DNA of 60,834 nucleotides from Myxococcota bacterium (lineage in GTDB: Bacteria > Myxococcota_A > UBA9160 > PR03), in the NCBI GenBank assembly GCA_041577695.1, contig JBFGIM010000001.1:1-60834 (forward strand). The letters run 5' to 3'. Under the pieces are notes generated by a model, which was given only the letters and a program-made list of their open reading frames with translations, made no database searches and was not told where the DNA came from. Below are positions 53,664 to 60,834 of the stretch, one piece after another. How positions within the stretch are numbered: position 1 is the stretch's first letter; every line of letters begins with the position of its first letter. The translations under genes were made by a program, and so were the position numbers.

Positions 53664-54928
53664 GCTGCCTCCTCGCGCGCCAGCGCCTGCCGCGGTCGCG
53701 CGTAGCCCTTGGCGTCGGCGAGGCCCAGGGCGCGCTGGCGCAGGCTCGGTTCGAAGAAATCGGGGCGCTCGAGCAGCGTGCGCGGGTAGACCGGCAGTCG
53801 CTCGCGCAGCTCGGCGCCGGCGGCGACGGTCTGGCGCCGCAGCGCCCCGAGCTTCGGCCAGGGCGCCTCGGGATTGATGAAGTCGATGGTCAGCGGCGAG
53901 ACGCCGCCCCAGTCGCTCACGCCGGCGCGCACCAGGCGCCGGATCAGCCCGTCGCCGTCCGCCGAGCCGTGGGTCAGGTTGGGCGGCGCCTGAACGTTCA
54001 CCGCGGGCCCCAGCAGCAGCCGCGCCATCGCCACCCACGCCACCAGCTCGTCCTCGGCCGGCGTCGGGGCGCCGCGCATCTTGGTGTCGGCCTTGGGATG
54101 GAAGGGCTGGACGATCGCCTCCTGGATGTGGCCGTAGCGGTCCGACAGCTCGCGGATCGCCAGCAGCGTGTCGACGCGTTCGTCCGCCGTCTCGCCGATG
54201 CCCAGCAGGATGCCGCTGGTGAAGGGGATCTTCAGCTCGCCGGCCTCGCGGTGCATGCGCAGCCGCAGCTCGGGGCGCTTGTCCGGCGCCGAGAAGTGCG
54301 CGCCGCCCTTCTGGTGCAGCCGCTGGCTGGTGCTCTCGAGCATCAACCCCATCGACGCGTTCAGCGGCCGAAGTGCCGTCATCTGCTCCTGGGTGAGCAG
54401 ACCGGCGTTGCTGTGGGGCAGCACCCCGGTGTCGAGGGCCGTGCGACAGCCGTCGACCAGGTAGTCGGCGGTGGCGGCGTAGCCCTGCGTCTCGAGCCAC
54501 TCGCGGTAGCTCGGAAAGGCCAGCTCGGGCTTGTCGCCCAGGCAGAAGAGCGCCTCGGTGCAGCCGACCCGGGCCGCCCGGCGCGACACCTCGGCCACCT
54601 CGTCGAGGCGATAGGTCTTGGCGTCGGCGTCGACCGGACGCTTGGCGAAGGTGCAGTAGCTGCAGCGGTTGCGACACAGATTGGTGAGCGGGATGAAGAC
54701 GTTGCGCGATACCGTGACCACGTCGCCGGCGATGCGGCGCTTGGCCTCGTAGGCCGCTTCGGCCAACACCTCCACCAGGTCCCCGTGCTGGGCGACGGTG
54801 GAGCGATCGAGGCAGCGCGCCAGGCTGTCGGCGGGCCCGCGCTCGAGGCGTCCGGTATCCACCGCATCGCGAACGATGCGTTCGGCCTCGCGAAGCGACG
54901 GGGGGCGGTTGGCCGGGGGGGGGCTCAC
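53660..54928 (-). CDS. cofG: FO synthase subunit 1 (CofG)
   Basis: VFIPLTNLCRNRCSYCTF, GILLGIGET and VQAPPNL match. The start is GTG. Confidence 0.8.
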   Translation of the reverse strand: MSPPPANRPPSLREAERIVRDAVDTGRLERGPADSLARCLDRSTVAQHGDLVEVLAEAAYEAKRRIAGDVVTVSRNVFIPLTNLCRNRCSYCTFAKRPVDADAKTYRLDEVAEVSRRAARVGCTEALFCLGDKPELAFPSYREWLETQGYAATADYLVDGCRTALDTGVLPHSNAGLLTQEQMTALRPLNASMGLMLESTSQRLHQKGGAHFSAPDKRPELRLRMHREAGELKIPFTSGILLGIGETADERVDTLLAIRELSDRYGHIQEAIVQPFHPKADTKMRGAPTPAEDELVAWVAMARLLLGPAVNVQAPPNLTHGSADGDGLIRRLVRAGVSDWGGVSPLTIDFINPEAPWPKLGALRRQTVAAGAELRERLPVYPRTLLERPDFFEPSLRQRALGLADAKGYARPRQALAREEAA

Positions 54929-55014
54929 GAAATCCTCTGGTAGAAAACGCCCGTCGAGGATAGCACGGAGGCGCCGCGGCAGACGCAGGCGCTACGAATC
55001 GCCGACGGGAGTGA

Positions 55015-56775
55015 TCAGCGGACGTCGTCGATGCCGATCCACGACCGCAGCGCGTCGGGATCGGCGTGGGCCAGCCACTCGCCCGGCGCCAGCCCCTCGT
55101 TGCCGTGCACGCGAATGGCCCGCAGCAGCCCCACCAGGACGGGCACCATCTTCTCCTCGGGGACCCGCTCGTACAGTACCCGGGCGAGACGCGAACCGTT
55201 GCGGGCGCCGCCCACCAGGATGACGTGGTCGTTCTTGCCGTAGCCGAAGATCCCGATCTCGGCGGTCGGCGGCCGCGCGCAGTTGTTGGGGCAGCCGGTC
55301 ATGCGGATCTCCACGTCGAGGTCGCCGAGCCCGGCCTCTTCGATGGCGTCGATGTAGTCCGGCAGGATGTTCTCGGCATCGGTCATGGCGAGACCGCAGG
55401 TCGGCTTGGCGGGGCAGGCCATCGCGAACTGCCGCACCGTCGAGACGGCGTCGGACCGCGGGATGTCGTGCTGGTCCAGGATGCGCTGGAGCGCGTCGCG
55501 GTCGCGGATACCGGTGAGCAACACGTCCTGGTGCGGTGTGAAGCGGACGCCGGCGCCCAGCTCTTCGGCGGCCGCGCGGAGCCCGCGCCGCAGCGGCTCC
55601 CGGATGCGCCCGTTCTCGACCGAGACGCCGTAGTAGCCGCTTCCGTCGCGCGCGTCGTGCCAACCCAGGTGCAGCCTGCCCGGCGGCAGCGGCGCCCGCT
55701 CCGCGTCCTCCAGCGCGATGTCGAAGCGGTCGCGCAGCGCGGCGGCCACGGTGTCGGTCCCGAGGCGGCGGATCGTGTACTTCCAGCGCGCCAGCCTGCG
55801 GTCCTTCCGCTCGCCGTTCTCCTTCTGGAGGGTCGCGATCGCCTTCACCGCCTCCACCACGTGATCGCGGGGGATCCGTCCGAGGGGGAGCGCCAGCAGC
55901 GGCGCCGTCTGCGGGTTGTTGTGGGTCTGGCCGAGCCCACCCCCGCTGTACAAGTCCCAGAGGCTGCCGTCCTCCGCAGCCGGGGCCAGCCCGACATCCT
56001 GGGTCAGGATGTCGACCGAGTTGTCGTCGAGGTGGGCGATCCCCACCTTGAATTTGCGGGGCAGGTAGTGATCGCCGTAGAGCGGCTCGACGGAGTTGAT
56101 CGGCTTGACCGTACGGCCCTCGTCGTCGCTCAGGAAGACCTGGAAATAGGCCGACGTCTGGGGCGAGAGCGCTTCGGCAATGGCGTGGGCCAGCTCGTTG
56201 CCGCGCGGGTCGGGCCCCGGCACCAGACCGTCCACCGGTGACGTCATGACGTTGCGGTTGACGTCGCCGCAGGCGCTCAGCGTGGCGCGATCGCGGTAGT
56301 TGCGGTTCAGGTGACGGATCAGCGCCGCGAGCTTGGGCCCGTACACGTAGTGGTATTGGACGCCCTGGCGCGATGTGACGCGGATCGTGCCGTCGGCAAA
56401 CTCTTCGCTCGCCTGGTCGAGCGCCAGCCACTGGGATGCCGTCAGCGTGCCGCCACCGGGGCAGCGGATGCGCACCATGAAGATGTAGTCGCCCGTCTTG
56501 CGGCCGCGCTCGCCCCGCTCCTGCTGCTTGTAGATCCCGAAGAACTTGGAGATCTCCTTGGCTTCGTTGCCGAGGGTCGGCTTCTCGCCACGGCTGAGCG
56601 CGTCGAGCTCTTCGGCGAAGCTGTGCGAGGGCTTCGAACCGTCGCCGACGAAGAAGAGGCCCGCGCTCTCCGCCTTGAGGCGCTCGTTCTTCGACATCTC
56701 CGACTTGTCGCCGTCGCGCAGCGTGACGGCGGGCTTGTCGGACGGCGTCCAGCTCGGGGGTTCCGTGTCGCTCAT
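55015..56775 (-). CDS. Siroheme/4Fe-4S sulfite or nitrite reductase hemoprotein
   Basis: FGIYKQQ, VRIRCPGG, TSRQGVQYH and the Cys cluster CPAKPTCGLA...TGCPNNCARP match. The start was taken at MSDTEPP with the RBS GGAGAGAAG. Confidence 0.85.
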   Translation of the reverse strand: MSDTEPPSWTPSDKPAVTLRDGDKSEMSKNERLKAESAGLFFVGDGSKPSHSFAEELDALSRGEKPTLGNEAKEISKFFGIYKQQERGERGRKTGDYIFMVRIRCPGGGTLTASQWLALDQASEEFADGTIRVTSRQGVQYHYVYGPKLAALIRHLNRNYRDRATLSACGDVNRNVMTSPVDGLVPGPDPRGNELAHAIAEALSPQTSAYFQVFLSDDEGRTVKPINSVEPLYGDHYLPRKFKVGIAHLDDNSVDILTQDVGLAPAAEDGSLWDLYSGGGLGQTHNNPQTAPLLALPLGRIPRDHVVEAVKAIATLQKENGERKDRRLARWKYTIRRLGTDTVAAALRDRFDIALEDAERAPLPPGRLHLGWHDARDGSGYYGVSVENGRIREPLRRGLRAAAEELGAGVRFTPHQDVLLTGIRDRDALQRILDQHDIPRSDAVSTVRQFAMACPAKPTCGLAMTDAENILPDYIDAIEEAGLGDLDVEIRMTGCPNNCARPPTAEIGIFGYGKNDHVILVGGARNGSRLARVLYERVPEEKMVPVLVGLLRAIRVHGNEGLAPGEWLAHADPDALRSWIGIDDVR

Positions 56776-56895
56776 GCCCGTTCTTCTCTCCGGGGGCGCG
56801 GGTGGCGGCGGATGCGGCGCTGGCTCGTCACGCCACGGGCGCGAGAACATAGCGGCCGGCGATCGCCGCCGAAACCGAATGGCCGCCGTCGTGGT

Positions 56896-57270
56896 TCAGC
56901 CGCGCTCGCGACGGATCCGGACGCCGGCGTGGTCGAGCACTCCTGCGATCGGCTTCGGTTTCCGCACGCTCACCACCACGGCGTCGGCGGCGAACTTGGA
57001 GAGCACGGCGTTTGCGATCCGTTCGGCCAGCGCCTCGACGAGCTTGTGCTCCTGGTTGCCGGCCACGTCCTCCACGACTTCGAAGATCCGCTTGTAGTGG
57101 AGCGTGTCCCGGATCCGGTCGCTGCGGCCCGCCGCGCGCAGGTCGTACTCCACCTCGAGATCCAGCAGCACCGGGCGCCGCATGCGGCGCTCGGCCGCCG
57201 TCACGCCCAGGGCCGCGGGTGTCTGGATCCCCTCCAGCAGGATGCGGTCGCGGGTCTCGCTCACGGTCAT
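56896..57270 (-). CDS. folB: Dihydroneopterin aldolase
   Basis: DRILLEGIQTPAALGVTAAERRMRRPVLLDLEV...DTLHYKRI matches. There is an ATGA overlap with the moaA stop. Confidence 0.8.
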   Translation of the reverse strand: MTVSETRDRILLEGIQTPAALGVTAAERRMRRPVLLDLEVEYDLRAAGRSDRIRDTLHYKRIFEVVEDVAGNQEHKLVEALAERIANAVLSKFAADAVVVSVRKPKPIAGVLDHAGVRIRRERG

Positions 57271-58298
57271 CCCCCGATCTGCGACATGGTGCGCTCGGGC
57301 TTGACGAAGAGGCCATCGGTGATGTGGTGCTTGAGCTCCTTGGTGCCGACCGCCGCGCGCAGGCGCGCCGCCATCTCGTCGTCGTCGGCGCCGGCGCGCA
57401 GCGGCGTGCGCAGGTCGTGCTCGTTGATCGAGAACAGGCAGGTGCGCAGCTTGCCGTCGGCGGTCAGCCGGATCCGGTTGCAGGTGGAGCAGAACGGCGC
57501 CGTCACCGAGTCGATGAAGCCCATCACCCCGGGCGCCCCGTCGGCGAAGACCCAGTCGCGGCTCGGCGCGTGGGGATCCTGGTCGGGACTCGGCTTCAGC
57601 GGGAAGACGGCGTCGACCCGCTCGCGCAGCTCCCTTCCGGGCACCAGGGCGTGCTGGCCCCAGCGGTGGCCGTGTTCGAGCGGCATGAACTCGATGAAGC
57701 GCACCTCGAAGCCCCGCTCGCGCGCCAGCCGTGCGAAGTCGATCACCTCGCCGTCGTTGACGCCGCGGATCGACACGCAGTTGATGCTGAGCGGCGTCAG
57801 TCCGGCCGCGTCGGCCGCGTCGATGCCGGCCAGCACCGGAGCGAGCATGTCGCGCTGCGCCATGCGCCGGAAGGTGTCGCGATCGAGCGAGTCGAGGCTG
57901 ACGTTCACGCGCTGCAGTCCGGCCTCGGCCAGCGGCCCCGCCAGACGCGGAAGCTCGGTGGCGTTGGTGGTGAGGCCCAGGTCGCGCAGCCCTGGGATCG
58001 CTGCCACCTCGCGCACCAGGTGCACCAGGTTCTTGCGCAGCAGCGGCTCGCCGCCGGTGATGCGCAGCTTGTGGACGCCCAGCGAGACGGCGATCTGCGC
58101 CAGACGGGCCAGCTCTTCGAGGGTGAGCAGCTCCTTGCGCGGCAGCCACTCGATGTCCTCGTCCGGAATGCAGTAGAGGCAGCGGAAATTGCAGCGGTCC
58201 GTCACCGAGATCCGCAGGCTCTCGATCCGGCGCCCGAAGCGGTCCTCGAGCGGCGGGACCAGCTCGGGCGCGGGCAGGTGGGAGGAAGGCGGGGCCAT
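57267..58298 (-). CDS. moaA: GTP 3',8-cyclase (molybdenum cofactor biosynthesis protein A)
   Basis: LRISVTDRCNFRCLYCIP, ITGGEPLLR and the C-terminal CSTCNRIRLTADGKLRTCLF match. Confidence 0.9.
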   Translation of the reverse strand: MAPPSSHLPAPELVPPLEDRFGRRIESLRISVTDRCNFRCLYCIPDEDIEWLPRKELLTLEELARLAQIAVSLGVHKLRITGGEPLLRKNLVHLVREVAAIPGLRDLGLTTNATELPRLAGPLAEAGLQRVNVSLDSLDRDTFRRMAQRDMLAPVLAGIDAADAAGLTPLSINCVSIRGVNDGEVIDFARLARERGFEVRFIEFMPLEHGHRWGQHALVPGRELRERVDAVFPLKPSPDQDPHAPSRDWVFADGAPGVMGFIDSVTAPFCSTCNRIRLTADGKLRTCLFSINEHDLRTPLRAGADDDEMAARLRAAVGTKELKHHITDGLFVKPERTMSQIGG

Positions 58299-58366
58299 CG
58301 CGGCGGAAGGGTAACGCAGGGCGGCGGAGCGGGTAGAATGGCGGTCCGCCAGCGGAGGACGCGCAC

Positions 58367-59560
58367 TTGCCCCCCACTTTCGACGACGTGGTCGCCCGCG
58401 AAGCCCGCTGTTTCCTGCCGGTGGTCCGCCGCCTGCCCGTGGCGCTGGTCTCCGGCCGGGGCTCGCGGGTGCGCGACACGGCGGGTCGCGAGTACACCGA
58501 CCTCACCGGGGGCTGGGGCGTCGTGTCGATCGGCCACTGCCATCCGGACCTGGCCCGGGCGATCGCCGACCAGGCCTCGACGCTGATGCAGACCACGAAC
58601 CTGTTCTACACCCTGCCACAGCTCGATCTCGCCGAGCGGCTGGTCGGGATCGCGCCCGAGGCGGTGACCCGTGCCTTCTTCGTGAGCTCCGGCGCCGAGG
58701 CGATGGACGGAGCACTCAAGCTCGCCCACCGCGCCACGGGCCGGGCGCGCTTCGTCTCCACCACCCAGTCGTTCCACGGGCGCACCCTGGGCGCGCTGGC
58801 GATCATCGGCCAGGCCCACCACCGCGATCGCTACGCGCCGCTGCTGCCGCCGGCCCACACGGTGCCCTTCGGCGACCTGGAAGCCGCCCGGGGCGCCATC
58901 GACCGCGACACCGCCGCCTTCGTGGTCGAGCCGGTGCAGGGCGAGGGCGGCGTCCACGTGGCGCCGCCCGGCTATCTCGCGGGACTGCGCAAGCTGTGCC
59001 ACGAGGCCGGCGCGCTGCTGATCCTCGACGAAATCCAGACCGGCATCGGTCGCACCGGTCGCTGGCTGGCGCTCGAACACGACGACGTGGTGCCCGACGT
59101 CGTCACGCTGGGCAAGATGCTCGGCGGCGGCTTCCCGCTGGCGGGCTTCCTGTGCACCGAGGCCGTGGCCGAGACCGTGTCGCTGGGCGACCACGGCGGC
59201 ACCTACGCCGGCAACCCGCTCGGCTGCGCCGCAGCGCTGGCCGTGCTGCGCGTGATCGAGGAAGAGGGCCTGGTGGAGCGCGCGGCGAGCCTCGGCGCGC
59301 AGGTGGCCGGGCGGCTGGAGCGCTTCGCCGAGCAGCATCCCGAACGGGCCGAGGGCGTGCGCGGGCGCGGCCTGTTGCTCGGTATGACCCTGCGCGACGC
59401 CGAGCTGGCCGCGGCCCTGCCGCGGCGCGCCGTCGCGCGCGGCGTCCTGGTCAATGTCACCGGCGGCACCACCCTGCGCCTGTTTCCGGCGCTCAACATC
59501 CCCGAGGAAGAGCTGTGGCCGGCGCTGGATGCAGTGCTGTCGCTGGTCGCGGCAGGCTAG
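58367..59560 (+). CDS. Class III pyridoxal-phosphate aminotransferase (acetylornithine aminotransferase-like)
   Basis: SIGHCHP, SSGAEAMDGALKLA, ILDEIQTGIGRTG and TLGKMLGGG match. Confidence 0.8.
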   Translation: MPPTFDDVVAREARCFLPVVRRLPVALVSGRGSRVRDTAGREYTDLTGGWGVVSIGHCHPDLARAIADQASTLMQTTNLFYTLPQLDLAERLVGIAPEAVTRAFFVSSGAEAMDGALKLAHRATGRARFVSTTQSFHGRTLGALAIIGQAHHRDRYAPLLPPAHTVPFGDLEAARGAIDRDTAAFVVEPVQGEGGVHVAPPGYLAGLRKLCHEAGALLILDEIQTGIGRTGRWLALEHDDVVPDVVTLGKMLGGGFPLAGFLCTEAVAETVSLGDHGGTYAGNPLGCAAALAVLRVIEEEGLVERAASLGAQVAGRLERFAEQHPERAEGVRGRGLLLGMTLRDAELAAALPRRAVARGVLVNVTGGTTLRLFPALNIPEEELWPALDAVLSLVAAG

Positions 59561-59597
59561 CCGCAACGGGCCGCGCGCCGGCGGCGAGGAGATACCC

Positions 59598-60350
59598 TTG
59601 AGCGCCAAGCGCAGCGGCCGCGTCGCCCTGGTCACGGGGGGCGCCGGCGCCATCGGCGCCGCCGTCTGCCGCGCGCTGGCGGCGGTCGGGCACCGCGTGG
59701 CCGTGGCGGATCTCTCCCGGGACGCCGCTTCTGCCGTAGCCGCCGACCTCGACGGAATCGGCGTGGCTCTCGACGTCACCGAAGCCGCGTCGGTCGAGGG
59801 CGGCGTGGCGCACGTGGCCGAGGCCTGGGGGCCGGTGGAGATCTGCGTGAGCTGCGCCGGCTGGGACGAGATGCGCCCCTTCGTCGAGACCGACGAGGCG
59901 TTCCAGGCCCGGGTGCTGGAGGTGAACCTGGCCGGGCCCATGCGGCTGGCCCGCGCGGTGCTCCCGGCCATGCTCGAGTCGCGCTTCGGCCGTATCGTCA
60001 CCGTCGCCTCGGACGCGGGCCGGGTGGGCTCGTCGGGCGAGTCGATCTACTCCGGCGCCAAGGGCGGCCTGATCGCCTTCACCAAGTCGCTGGCTCGCGA
60101 GGGGGCCCGCGGTGGCGTCACGGCCAACTGCGTTTGCCCGGGCCCCACCGACACGCCGCTCTTCCGCGGCATGGCGCAGGACAGCGGCGCCGGCGAGCGC
60201 ATCACCCAGGCCCTGGAGCGCGCCATTCCGATGCGCCGGCTGGGCCGGCCCGAGGACGTGGCGCCCGCCGTCGCCTTCCTGGCCTCGGACGAAGCGGGTT
60301 ACATCACGGGACAGACGCTCTCGGTGAGCGGCGGACTCACGATGGTCTGA
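59598..60350 (+). CDS. Short-chain dehydrogenase/reductase (FabG-like)
   Basis: ALVTGGAGAIGAAV, YSGAKGG (YxxxK) and ITGQTLSVSGG match. The TTG start follows GGAGAT; the track ORF starts earlier at 59454. Confidence 0.8.
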   Translation: MSAKRSGRVALVTGGAGAIGAAVCRALAAVGHRVAVADLSRDAASAVAADLDGIGVALDVTEAASVEGGVAHVAEAWGPVEICVSCAGWDEMRPFVETDEAFQARVLEVNLAGPMRLARAVLPAMLESRFGRIVTVASDAGRVGSSGESIYSGAKGGLIAFTKSLAREGARGGVTANCVCPGPTDTPLFRGMAQDSGAGERITQALERAIPMRRLGRPEDVAPAVAFLASDEAGYITGQTLSVSGGLTMV

Positions 60351-60834
60351 GCGGTGGCGGCCTTCGCGCTTCGAGAAGCGACCGCAGCAGCGCCCAGCAG
60401 CTCGTGACGAAGAAGGTCAGGACGGTGAAGTTGCGCAGCAGTCGCAGCCACAGCGGCCAGTGGGGATGTCCGACGAAGTCCCAGCTCCCCAGCAGCAACG
60501 GACTGCCACACAGATACGCGTAGAGCAGATAGATGTAGGCAGTGCCGAACAGGTTCACGGCGAGCCCGGCGCGAACGGGCAGCAGCAGCCAGAACGGCAG
60601 CACCCAGGCGAAGTACTGGAAGCTCCAGGCGTTGGTGAACCCGTAGAAGCCGATGTAGCCCAGGGCGATCGTGACGCTGACCTCGCGCGGCCCGCGCCGA
60701 TCGCGTCGCAGCCATGCCAGCGCCAGCGCGGGCAGCAGGCTCAACACTGCGTTCCAGCGGTACAGGAATCCGATGGTGTCGCGCGCCGCGCTGCGAAGCG
60801 CGAAGGGCAGCTGCGCCGGGTCCGGGTAGAAGAC
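60337..60834 (-). CDS. C-terminal part of a polytopic membrane protein (possibly a GT-C/DUF2029-like glycosyltransferase). The gene continues beyond the right edge.
   Basis: The reading frame stays open to the window end. Hydrophobic helices are rich in aromatic residues (FYGFTNAWSFQYFAWVLPFWLLL). Confidence 0.5.
   Translation of the reverse strand, partial: VFYPDPAQLPFALRSAARDTIGFLYRWNAVLSLLPALALAWLRRDRRGPREVSVTIALGYIGFYGFTNAWSFQYFAWVLPFWLLLPVRAGLAVNLFGTAYIYLLYAYLCGSPLLLGSWDFVGHPHWPLWLRLLRNFTVLTFFVTSCWALLRSLLEARRPPPLRPS

Noticed and set aside
58299-58366. A Moco riboswitch upstream of moaA, and riboswitches upstream of mtnK (38341..38386) and the sulfite reductase (56776..56895).
   Set aside because: The spacers are too short (46-120 nt) and show none of the conserved cores I know.

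Overview
This is a very GC-rich bacterial chromosomal segment: third codon positions are almost always G/C, and long spurious ORFs occur on every strand. I support about 60 protein-coding genes. I saw no rRNA, tRNA, CRISPR array, transposase or integrase. Most of the window is housekeeping: proS, rnd, pepP, acs, sfsA, mutY, aroC, dnaA, lhr, cofG/cofH, a siroheme sulfite/nitrite reductase, folB, moaA, a class III aminotransferase and an SDR. One complete Tad/Flp (type IVc) pilus cluster spans about 15.2-26.4 kb, followed by a large orphan secreted protein. The gene content (sigma54 activator, Tad pilus, FIST, PilZ, TPR-bearing GT-C glycosyltransferase) is compatible with a Myxococcota/deltaproteobacteria-like organism, but the lineage cannot be fixed from the sequence alone.

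The observations most worth a second look are these:
- proS at the left edge is interrupted by what looks like an inversion at a 17-bp inverted repeat.
- Two near-consensus sigma54 (-24/-12) promoters are present. One lies about 325 nt upstream of the flp pilin, with upstream palindromes and a hairpin-rich leader. The other lies in the divergent region between a histidine kinase/NtrC-like operon and a small-membrane-protein/PilZ/Lhr gene string, next to a perfect 16-bp palindrome.
- dnaA is an 'orphan'. There is no dnaN, its stop is 2 bp from a convergent gene, its domain IV DNA-contact motif is divergent, and I found no canonical DnaA boxes upstream.
- The Flp pilin, TadG and TadD each have atypical features.

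I did not find a convincing self-contained novel multi-gene system, and the candidates are listed with modest scores. Start codons were chosen from in-frame ATG/GTG/TTG plus RBS and family-typical N-termini. They were checked for frame against the supplied ORF track and remain less certain than the stops. No database search or computation was run.
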